IMG/VR virus record: IMGVR_UViG_3300040734_000049
Coordinates: 1-42,106 of that record
Source: a virus
Lineage: Duplodnaviria; Caudoviricetes
DNA: 42,106 bases
Reading direction: 5' to 3' (one strand)
Part shown: one piece after another, positions 35,464 through 42,106 of the stretch
How positions within the stretch are numbered: position 1 is the first letter of the stretch
Layout of the letters: every line of letters begins with the position of its first letter
Program-made: the position numbers and the translations under genes
The notes under the pieces: model-generated
Seen by the model: the letters and a program-made list of their open reading frames with translations, nothing else
Told to the model about the DNA's origin: nothing
The model's database searches: none

Positions 35464-36809
35464 ATCACCTCTGCCAATTCGTTAACTCTCGCCTTCCTAT
35501 TCTGGCACAATTTGCCTATCTGATACATGTTGCTCTCGACCAGCGTAACAACATCCGCATGATACTTGCTCGGCTCATTATCTTTTCCCCTTGCCTGGAT
35601 AACCTCCAGATTCCTGAGTGACACTTCAACCGTCTCAATGCGTTTCGGGCCAAGGCTTGCTGATAGGATCAGGGAGTCATCCTTTTCAAAATATTTGCTG
35701 GCAAAAACGCAGTGCCTGAGCTCGTCACCCTCAATCATGAAGTCCTCCACTGACACAAGAGGCTTCACTGTGAGATTGCCGTCAGTGAATAGCAGCCCAA
35801 AGAATTTGCTTCTCTTGCGCACGTACTCCTTCTGCCGCTTCTCGGCAGTCTCGCGGAGCTGCCGGAGCTCTTCCTTACGCTCCTGGTCACGTTTCTTCCT
35901 TACCCAATGGTTATGGGCTGCCTTCAGGTCTGCAGGGCAGATGTAATGAGGACTGCGGAGATCCCTGTTATAGAACCCCAGGATGCTCATATAGTCCACC
36001 CAAATGGAGGCATCTTTGATGATATACCCGTTACGGATACAGATCCTGATGCTCGGCCATATTCCACGCCAGACATCCTTAATCTCTGAACCACCGAAGT
36101 GACCGATATAATATCTCAGCATCGAATACTGGCGAGCTTTGAGCAGGGTCTCGGCAACTCGGTCGCTTAGGATCTCAGCAAAGAGCTGGTGAGGAGCTAT
36201 TCCGTGAAAGTGCCCGCGGAAACCGTTGCGTTTGATCACCGGCAGTATCTTCTTCATTGGGTAGATCTTGTCCGGGCTGATATTATAGCGCATCGCGGAG
36301 CGGTAGGTTTTAAGTCTCACTTCAAGTTTACTGTCTAAAAGCCACTGGTCATAGTACTGAGAGAATCCCATAACCGAAAGGGACATAGTTGTAACCCTGC
36401 CCCCAGGAGTGATCCAGTGCTGCATTACCTCGTGGGCGAACCATTCAGGCTTATGGAGCTTCTTGTATATCTTGCAGATGAAAACCATCCGGATAACCTG
36501 CATGTCGCCAGCTGTGGTTATCACAGCAAAGTAGTCATTGTCCCTATGTCCGGGTCGGTAATAAGTCATCATTTCAAGACGCTTACCACACTTTGGGCAG
36601 GTGCAACCGGTAAGGGTAGAAATAAGGACCGACTTATCCTTCCATTTGTGGCCACACTCAAGGCAATAGAGGTTATTGCGTGACCTGACGGCCTGTCCGG
36701 TATAACAGTTTTCAAGGCCCCATTGCTTAATCACCCTGCTGATTTTTGGCAGGGTCCTGCTCAGGGACGCAACTTTCTTCTGGAGTTCTGTCTTTGGGAT
36801 CATAGTCAA
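35460..36809 (-). CDS. pcfJ: PcfJ-like domain protein
   Basis: CLECGH..CPKCG; ETLLKA; W.DY; CPADLKAAHN; EGDELRHCV; RIETVEV; QARG..N. Confidence 0.88.
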   Translation of the reverse strand: MTMIPKTELQKKVASLSRTLPKISRVIKQWGLENCYTGQAVRSRNNLYCLECGHKWKDKSVLISTLTGCTCPKCGKRLEMMTYYRPGHRDNDYFAVITTAGDMQVIRMVFICKIYKKLHKPEWFAHEVMQHWITPGGRVTTMSLSVMGFSQYYDQWLLDSKLEVRLKTYRSAMRYNISPDKIYPMKKILPVIKRNGFRGHFHGIAPHQLFAEILSDRVAETLLKARQYSMLRYYIGHFGGSEIKDVWRGIWPSIRICIRNGYIIKDASIWVDYMSILGFYNRDLRSPHYICPADLKAAHNHWVRKKRDQERKEELRQLRETAEKRQKEYVRKRSKFFGLLFTDGNLTVKPLVSVEDFMIEGDELRHCVFASKYFEKDDSLILSASLGPKRIETVEVSLRNLEVIQARGKDNEPSKYHADVVTLVESNMYQIGKLCQNRKARVNELAEVI

Positions 36810-37213
36810 AAGAGAGTTGTCTGTTCTACTTGTTTGGTTTCTTCTTTCTTCCTGGTCGGCTTCGTACGCAGACGCTCAATTTCCTCAGCAACGATCTTCT
36901 CCCTTGCCTCCTGCTTAGCCTTTTCAATCTCTTCGGAGGTCAGTTCCGGCTTATGATTGACCACTACATTGCAGCTGATCTTTGCCACCGGCTTAATATC
37001 TTCTTCGTCGTAATAATGAAGTGCCATGCCGAAGATCTCTGCATCTGCAAACCCGTTGCAACCGCTTTTTTGAACGGTGTTCAGGATGTAGTTGATACAG
37101 TCATCAATGCTCTTTTTGGGGTTGGTCATCTTCTCTGCGAACTTGGGATCCGCATCTGCGACACTGGCCAGGTGGTTGCTGATTACTTTCTTAAAACTGT
37201 CTGTACCTTTCAT
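36806..37213 (-). CDS. pcfK: PcfK-like protein (family includes AcrIIA9)
   Basis: FKKVI..HL...DPKFA...KSIDDCINYILNTVQKSGCNGFADAEIFGMALHYYDE; directly upstream of pcfJ. Confidence 0.88.
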   Translation of the reverse strand: MKGTDSFKKVISNHLASVADADPKFAEKMTNPKKSIDDCINYILNTVQKSGCNGFADAEIFGMALHYYDEEDIKPVAKISCNVVVNHKPELTSEEIEKAKQEAREKIVAEEIERLRTKPTRKKEETKQVEQTTLF

Positions 37214-37443
37214 ATTATGAATCTTTTAAGATTATCAAAAGCCGGGCATTCCCGGACAATAGACCGCCATGCTTGAAGCCTTGGAATACTCTCCACTGGA
37301 TCATCATTTATTCCACATATCTGCCCCGTGTTGCAGGATTTCTTACAGGCCCTACAGCAATCTTCACATTCAGAGCTGAAGTGGCACATCATGCACTGTT
37401 CTTCTTTGGTGACCGGGAGTGGAATTTCAAGCTGCCAGACCAT
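37210..37443 (-). CDS. Small Cys-rich hypothetical protein
   Basis: CMMC..CEDCCRACKKSCN..C. Confidence 0.6.
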   Translation of the reverse strand: MVWQLEIPLPVTKEEQCMMCHFSSECEDCCRACKKSCNTGQICGINDDPVESIPRLQAWRSIVRECPAFDNLKRFII

Positions 37444-37835
37444 CAGAATTCTATTTTCATTTGTGGTTGTTCCTTGCGGCCATATACACTGAGATAAGCG
37501 ACCCTGAGTTTCCTACGGATCTCCTCCCGCTCCTCCCGGGTCACGTTATTCTCATCTGCCTTGAAGTTCTGTTCCAGGGCCCGGTCAATGTCACCGTTCC
37601 ATGGTCGCTGGTCAATGAAGTAGCTGTACTTGGTGAACATCCTGGTAGATCCTTGAGCGTCGGAGGCTTCACCGGGGGTTTGATTACGGACATGGACCAC
37701 GTGCAGAATCTTCCTGATGGATTCTTCGTTTTTTGCGGCATTGTGGCCATCGTTCTCGAAGAAGACAGAGAGCTCGGCCTTCCTGACCAGCTTCTTTGTC
37801 AGCTTGGCATATCCGTAAAATACCCGCAGTGCCAT
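37443..37835 (-). CDS. Hypothetical protein
   Basis: 130-aa ORF with 1-nt overlaps on both sides. Confidence 0.65.
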   Translation of the reverse strand: MALRVFYGYAKLTKKLVRKAELSVFFENDGHNAAKNEESIRKILHVVHVRNQTPGEASDAQGSTRMFTKYSYFIDQRPWNGDIDRALEQNFKADENNVTREEREEIRRKLRVAYLSVYGRKEQPQMKIEF

Positions 37836-38479
37836 TAGTAAATTGCCCTTTCGATTTTCTGAACAGTTGATTTTCTAAGCTTCGCTCCCTTGTAATAATT
37901 CATGATGGTTTGATATGACAGACCAGAGCGAATTGAAATCTCCTTCTTGCTGTTTATGGACTTGCCATTATGCCCTGAAATAAAGCGCTTTATCCTGCCA
38001 TATCTGTCAACTCTATTTATCTTTTGACCGCATCCACATGCGCATTCCACAATGATTGATTTACGCTTGTTTGCCTCTATGCTTAACCCGTGCCCACCAT
38101 TAATGAACCTTCTCGGCCTTCCGCTTGAATCATACTTCTTGAATGTGGCACCACATCCGCACTCACAGAATCTGACTGGATTGTCTTCTCCTGGCTTTCT
38201 GAGTTGACTGTCGGCTGGCCTGTGCTCTAACTTGTGATGTGCGATGGATGGATTAAGCTTCAAATTTGATATGTCATTATTCAGCCTATTCCCGTCAATG
38301 TGATGCACTATTTCATTGCTTTCCAAGATCCTGCCAAGATGCTGCTCCATTACAAGACGGTGTTCATAAACATACCCCTTGCCGAAAGTATGAGGATGCT
38401 CCGGGCAGTAAATAGCGTAATAACCATTTGATCTTACTCTCAGCGTCTTCCCTTTCAGTTGATAGATGATCTTGCTCAT
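37835..38479 (-). CDS. HNH endonuclease with two CxCGCG repeats and a C-terminal HTH-like segment
   Basis: EHRLVME..LGR...VHHIDGNRLNN.ISNL; CECGCG..RRFINGGH; CACGCG..KRFISGH. Confidence 0.85.
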   Translation of the reverse strand: MSKIIYQLKGKTLRVRSNGYYAIYCPEHPHTFGKGYVYEHRLVMEQHLGRILESNEIVHHIDGNRLNNDISNLKLNPSIAHHKLEHRPADSQLRKPGEDNPVRFCECGCGATFKKYDSSGRPRRFINGGHGLSIEANKRKSIIVECACGCGQKINRVDRYGRIKRFISGHNGKSINSKKEISIRSGLSYQTIMNYYKGAKLRKSTVQKIERAIY

Positions 38480-38919
38480 AACAGTATAATTTTTGCTTTT
38501 ACTTCAGGTGACACCTCACTCCAACCTTGCTTCCCTTTCCACGGGATGGGTTCAATTGCCTGTACATCCTCATAGACATGGCAGAACAGATCAGGGAAAA
38601 ACTGAACGAAGCACTTATCCTCATCCTCTTTCCTCATGGGCCGGCAATCAACCAGCCTGCCTATTGCAATGGCTTTACCCTCAAATCCAGGATTGATCTT
38701 TGCAAGAAAGTCACCCATTCTAACCAATTGCTTACCTCCAGATATCCTGCGTAGCTGCTCAGTGAAATACGGCTGCTTACTTGCACAGATGAGTACCCAT
38801 CCGCGGTAGTTTGTGTTCCAGGTCCGGGTTTCAATTTTGCCATGTAGCATCAATTCTGCATATGGCTGCTTCCACGATAATGCGAGTAGTTTTTCTGTTG
38901 GACTGAAGACCTTCATCAC
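38476..38919 (-). CDS. ASCH domain protein
   Basis: ALSWKQPYA...GKIETRTWNTNYRG.VLICAS...KGKQGW. Confidence 0.88.
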   Translation of the reverse strand: MMKVFSPTEKLLALSWKQPYAELMLHGKIETRTWNTNYRGWVLICASKQPYFTEQLRRISGGKQLVRMGDFLAKINPGFEGKAIAIGRLVDCRPMRKEDEDKCFVQFFPDLFCHVYEDVQAIEPIPWKGKQGWSEVSPEVKAKIILL

Positions 38920-39224
38920 TCACCTCCCTCCCCGAGAGCAAGCTTCTGCTTCTCAATGTACCGGTTGATATCCCAGGCGTTCACCGGGGCGACCTGTAGG
39001 GATCTTGCCCAATGTTTTGCAATCTCCTCTGTCACCGGATTGATTGCATAGATCGCTCCTGATCCAAGGAACCTTGTGAACGGCGGCTGAGCGTCCGTCT
39101 CGGGAACATCCACTCTGAGCATGTTCGTTCCCGCGATATTCTGTTCACTGCACTTACCGGCAATCTGGTTATGTCCAAATAACTCTACAATTGCCCACGT
39201 TTCAAATTTTTCTGATGTGTCCAT
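38916..39224 (-). CDS. Phage hypothetical protein
   Basis: WAIVELFGH..IAG...LRVDVP...AIYAINPVTEE. Confidence 0.7.
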   Translation of the reverse strand: MDTSEKFETWAIVELFGHNQIAGKCSEQNIAGTNMLRVDVPETDAQPPFTRFLGSGAIYAINPVTEEIAKHWARSLQVAPVNAWDINRYIEKQKLALGEGGE

Positions 39225-39242
39225 GATAGGCTTAGATTCTGG

Positions 39243-39809
39243 TTACTTCTTAGTTATCTTCTCATAAATAGTCCTCGTCAAATACAAGTCATAGCTGGCA
39301 TCATGAAGCTTATCCTCCTGCAGCTCTATACCCATCTCCTTGGCCACGGTGGCAAGCTTGAAGTTTTCCATCCCGGACCTTTTCTCAAGGAGGTACTGTG
39401 TAGCCAAAACCATCACATCAATACTGTTGGACCAGAACCAGGATCCGAAGTAGTTATCCCCGTTCTGCAGGAAGAAGCCCCTCAGGAACTGGTTATCAAA
39501 AGCAGCATTGTTGTAGCCGGCAAGGAAGAACTTGTCAGTCTTGGTATACCGGTTGACATACTGGCTCATGGTATGAATCATTTCCAGGTAGACGCTCTTC
39601 ATTTCAGGGTAAGCAAGGATCTGTTCTTTGGTCACCCCTGCCACATCAAGAGCTTCCTGTTCAATGATTGCCTTGGGATTCGGGCGGACCTTCCAGTCGT
39701 GCTGCTCTTTCAGCACACCGTCGATCACAATGTCTGCGCTTATCTGGTGGATCCCATTGCGGGCCGGATTAACACCGGTAGTTTCAAGATCAAAGAAGAA
39801 TACTTTCAT
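39243..39809 (-). CDS. DEDDh 3'-5' exonuclease (DnaQ-like)
   Basis: DLETTG, GYN..FD, HDASYD. Confidence 0.93.
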   Translation of the reverse strand: MKVFFFDLETTGVNPARNGIHQISADIVIDGVLKEQHDWKVRPNPKAIIEQEALDVAGVTKEQILAYPEMKSVYLEMIHTMSQYVNRYTKTDKFFLAGYNNAAFDNQFLRGFFLQNGDNYFGSWFWSNSIDVMVLATQYLLEKRSGMENFKLATVAKEMGIELQEDKLHDASYDLYLTRTIYEKITKK

Positions 39810-39825
39810 TATGCGTTGATTTAGT

Positions 39826-40005
39826 TTAGTTTACATTCAGAAGTTTCATGGCAAGCCAGAAAAGAAAGAGGTAAAAGCTCATGCCTCCTCCCAGTAGAAT
39901 GATTGCATAGAAGGCTCCAAGCCACAGCTTACGACGGGGAAAGGGTTCTTTCTGTTTCTCCTGGTATAGTACCTGGATCTTTGCTTCGGTCAATGTCTCT
40001 TCCAT
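39826..40005 (-). CDS. 59-aa membrane peptide (not in the ORF track)
   Basis: MEETLTEAKIQVLYQEKQKEPFPRRKLWLGAFYAIILLGGGMSFYLFLFWLAMKLLNVN; starts 2 nt after the upstream stop. Confidence 0.55.
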   Translation of the reverse strand: MEETLTEAKIQVLYQEKQKEPFPRRKLWLGAFYAIILLGGGMSFYLFLFWLAMKLLNVN

Positions 40006-40007
40006 GG

Positions 40008-40658
40008 TTATTTGGTATTACGTTTATCTGTTCCGTGAAACAGTACGATGTTGAACATCTCCCTCATTCTGGAGGCGATGTATTCGCCGTACAGGTCCTT
40101 GATTTCGGATGGCTGGAGATTAGTGCTGATAAATGTCCTTTTATAGGCATCAGTAAAAACCCGGTAGCGCCTCTGCAGAATCTCGACGATCACGTCCGTG
40201 TGTGAACCATAAAACTTCACATGGTTCGCACCCTGCCCCAGGTCATCAATAAGCAGTTCACAAGGTTTGAAGCCCTCCATTTCTCTTACTGAGCTGTACT
40301 TCATGATAGCCGGAAACCCATTCAGTGTATATTCAGCTGCCAGCTCGTCAGCGGTGATCGCGTTCAATCCACGCCCATGCGCATTGAGATATGCCCTAAA
40401 GACTTTATAGAAAAGAGTCTTCCCCACTCCAAAGACCCCGTACAGAAATAATCCTTTATCGAGATCCCATTCACTAGTCGGATCCAGGGTAAAGTATTTC
40501 ACCCCATTCATGTATATCTTCTCGCTGGCTTCATCCTCTCTATATCCCGGGCATAGCAGACTACGTATCTGTCGCATTTTGTCTATGTGCGCAGCTGTGC
40601 ATTCGAACCTCTGGGATGGCGGAGGAGCAATTGACTTTAAGAATTCATCAAATTTCAT
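40008..40658 (-). CDS. DnaC/IstB-like helicase loader ATPase
   Basis: GLFLYGVFGVGKT, LLIDDLG, STNL, YG..IASRMREM; start reassigned to MKFDEFLK. Confidence 0.88.
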   Translation of the reverse strand: MKFDEFLKSIAPPPSQRFECTAAHIDKMRQIRSLLCPGYREDEASEKIYMNGVKYFTLDPTSEWDLDKGLFLYGVFGVGKTLFYKVFRAYLNAHGRGLNAITADELAAEYTLNGFPAIMKYSSVREMEGFKPCELLIDDLGQGANHVKFYGSHTDVIVEILQRRYRVFTDAYKRTFISTNLQPSEIKDLYGEYIASRMREMFNIVLFHGTDKRNTK

Positions 40659-40659
40659 A

Positions 40660-41487
40660 TCAGAATGTTTTTTCCTGTTCCTGGTAATTTCTTTCCTTCG
40701 AATCGATGCCAAATGCAGTACGGGAAGGCTTTTTGAGCCTTGCAGCAAATACATCGATGTACTTTATTTTCTCTTTGTTGAGGTTGCGAAGCTTTATGAT
40801 GCTCATGAAGTTTGTTCTCCACCAATCATCCATTCTCATGCGCTTCACTATATCCCTGATCTGATCAGCTGAGTATCCGTCGAGCCTTATACACTTATCA
40901 AGGGTGTCATGCCAGGAGTCGATCTGACTCTGTGTTTTTGGCCTTGTCTTTTCGTCGAAGAGGATTACAGTCGACCGGTAGAGTTCCTTCACTTCTTCGG
41001 AGAACTCACGCCGATCTTTTTCCCCCATACCCCCTTTATCTTTATTATTATTTTCATATTCATTTTCATATTCAGTATTTGCTTTACTTTTTGCTTTAGC
41101 AAATTGTTGGGTCTTTTTTCCACCTTTACTTCCTGCTTCGGATCTCAGCTCGCTAATCTCATTATCGCGTACCATGCGCTTTTGAAAGAGCCTGTCTCCG
41201 TCAATTGTCAGACATCCTTCATCAATTAATTGGGAAATTGCACTGTACAAAGTATCCCTGTCGATGGGTAAAAGTCTGGTGATCTTTATAGCAAAATTCA
41301 AAGCAAAATTTTTTGTCAGCTTGTCATTTTGCTTAAGCAAAATTGTGCCGTATGGATCCGATTTATGAAGCAAACAAAGTAGCTTGATATAAACTCCCTG
41401 GGTGGCCCAAGTGCACATACTTAACTTTTCGTCAGTCAAATAATCCTGAACGTATAGTGGGAGATACGGTTGATCGCGCAGCGCCAT
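40660..41487 (-). CDS. Phage replication initiator (DUF1376/YdaU-like N-terminus)
   Basis: PYLPLYVQDYLTD..L..C...GVYIKLLC; RMVRD..RSEAGSKGG; low-complexity linker; upstream of the loader. Confidence 0.82.
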   Translation of the reverse strand: MALRDQPYLPLYVQDYLTDEKLSMCTWATQGVYIKLLCLLHKSDPYGTILLKQNDKLTKNFALNFAIKITRLLPIDRDTLYSAISQLIDEGCLTIDGDRLFQKRMVRDNEISELRSEAGSKGGKKTQQFAKAKSKANTEYENEYENNNKDKGGMGEKDRREFSEEVKELYRSTVILFDEKTRPKTQSQIDSWHDTLDKCIRLDGYSADQIRDIVKRMRMDDWWRTNFMSIIKLRNLNKEKIKYIDVFAARLKKPSRTAFGIDSKERNYQEQEKTF

Positions 41488-41491
41488 TGCC

Positions 41492-41692
41492 TTAGTTTTG
41501 TGATGCTTGTTCTACTTCTCTTTCAATCTCTAACTCCTTCTTGTATTTGGCGATGATCGGTTTGGCTTTAGGGCTTTCAGGATCATCGGCAATAATTCTG
41601 AGGTCCGCGCGGAGAATAATATTCTGAACTGCCAGCTTCGTGTTCTGCCTCCTGAGTCTGTAGTTTTCAGCTATGATTTTGAACAGGTTCAT
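41492..41692 (-). CDS. Hypothetical protein
   Basis: Start reassigned to MNLFKIIAEN, which overlaps the upstream stop (ATGA). Confidence 0.55.
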   Translation of the reverse strand: MNLFKIIAENYRLRRQNTKLAVQNIILRADLRIIADDPESPKAKPIIAKYKKELEIEREVEQASQN

Positions 41693-41835
41693 TTTTTGAG
41701 TTTTTCCATTACAAGTTTCTGAGCTTCCCTCTTTGCAATTCGGTCCACAAGCCGGAAGTAAGCTGCATGGTCCTTGCGCTTTATCGCCCTGCGCTTGCGC
41801 CACTGCAGGATCCTGTCATTAAGAGTCATTTTCAT
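41689..41835 (-). CDS. 48-aa basic peptide (not in the ORF track)
   Basis: MKMTLNDRILQWRKRRAIKRKDHAAYFRLVDRIAKREAQKLVMEKLKK; ATGA overlap with the next gene. Confidence 0.5.
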   Translation of the reverse strand: MKMTLNDRILQWRKRRAIKRKDHAAYFRLVDRIAKREAQKLVMEKLKK

Positions 41836-41852
41836 TGCCAAAAGTCTCTCTG

Positions 41853-41970
41853 TGTCCCCGGCAGGATTCGAACCTGCAACTGTCGGCCTTCAGCTCTGTG
41901 ATGCAGCCGAACCACACACCCCTTATTGTGTTCACAGATTGTGTGCGTCTACCAATTCCGCCACAGGGAC
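41853..41970 (-). ncRNA. tRNA-like RNA (Leu-type scaffold) with aberrant anticodon and variable region
   Basis: Acceptor GTCCCTG/CGGGGAC plus A; D-arm GCGGAATTGGTAGACGC; T-arm GCAGG-TTCGAAT-CCTGC; no canonical 7-nt anticodon loop. Confidence 0.78.
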
Positions 41971-41978
41971 GACCTGTT

Positions 41979-42106
41979 TTACTTCAGCAGGCCTTTAAAT
42001 TCCTTGCTCGGCTTGAAGTATGGGATCTTCTTTGCCGGCACATGGATCTTAGTCCCGCGACTGATATCCCGGGCAAGCTTTGCCTTGCGTATCTTTGGGA
42101 TCCAGG
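41979..42106 (-). CDS. HU/IHF family DNA-binding protein, C-terminal part (truncated by the window)
   Basis: Manual translation ...RKAKLARDISRGTKIHVPAKKIPYFKPSKEFKGLLK*. Confidence 0.85.
   Translation of the reverse strand, partial: WIPKIRKAKLARDISRGTKIHVPAKKIPYFKPSKEFKGLLK

Larger units (their letters stand above)
14..42106 (-). mobile_element. Temperate siphovirus-like prophage, probably from a Bacteroidota host; right part truncated by the window
   Basis: Ordered replication, terminase, portal, capsid, tail (tape measure, no sheath) and lysis modules on one strand, ending at a tRNA 3' fragment. Confidence 0.93.

Noticed and set aside
40659-40754. ORF-track N-terminal extension of the loader ATPase (similar cases at 8230, 19454, 21113, 21358, 41803)
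   Set aside because: The extensions overlap upstream genes or terminators; downstream ATGs give typical tight coupling
1-42106. CRISPR array or stop-codon recoding
   Set aside because: No regularly spaced repeats were seen, and genes are full-length and tightly packed under the standard code

Overview
The window is most of a temperate siphovirus-type prophage, almost entirely on the minus strand. The host is very probably a Bacteroidota bacterium, judged from TAnnTTTG promoters, signal peptides cleaved before Gln, and PcfJ/PcfK genes. The left edge is an att-like 3' half of tRNA-Lys(CTT). In transcription order (right to left) the modules are: HU fragment, tRNA-like element, replication initiator and loader ATPase, early genes, terminase, portal, MuF, scaffold and capsid, tail module, exported or fibre-like proteins, lysis cassette, and AT-rich morons. 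No intact integrase or CI-type repressor is visible; they presumably lie beyond the right edge. The most unusual observations are: (1) an integrase arm and core-binding half fused to a GIY-YIG nuclease in place of the recombinase catalytic domain; (2) a metacaspase in the lysis cassette whose catalytic His segment has moved to the C-terminus; (3) a 19-bp near-palindrome repeated five times upstream of genes, with a divergent HTH-like/Cys-rich cassette inside the head module; (4) a MuF protein with a JAB-like C-terminal domain and a convergent candidate immunity gene; (5) a 118-nt tRNA mimic with an aberrant anticodon region; (6) a holin-like protein with an internal signal peptide followed by a beta-rich domain. 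All family assignments come from recognising motifs by eye; no database searches were run.
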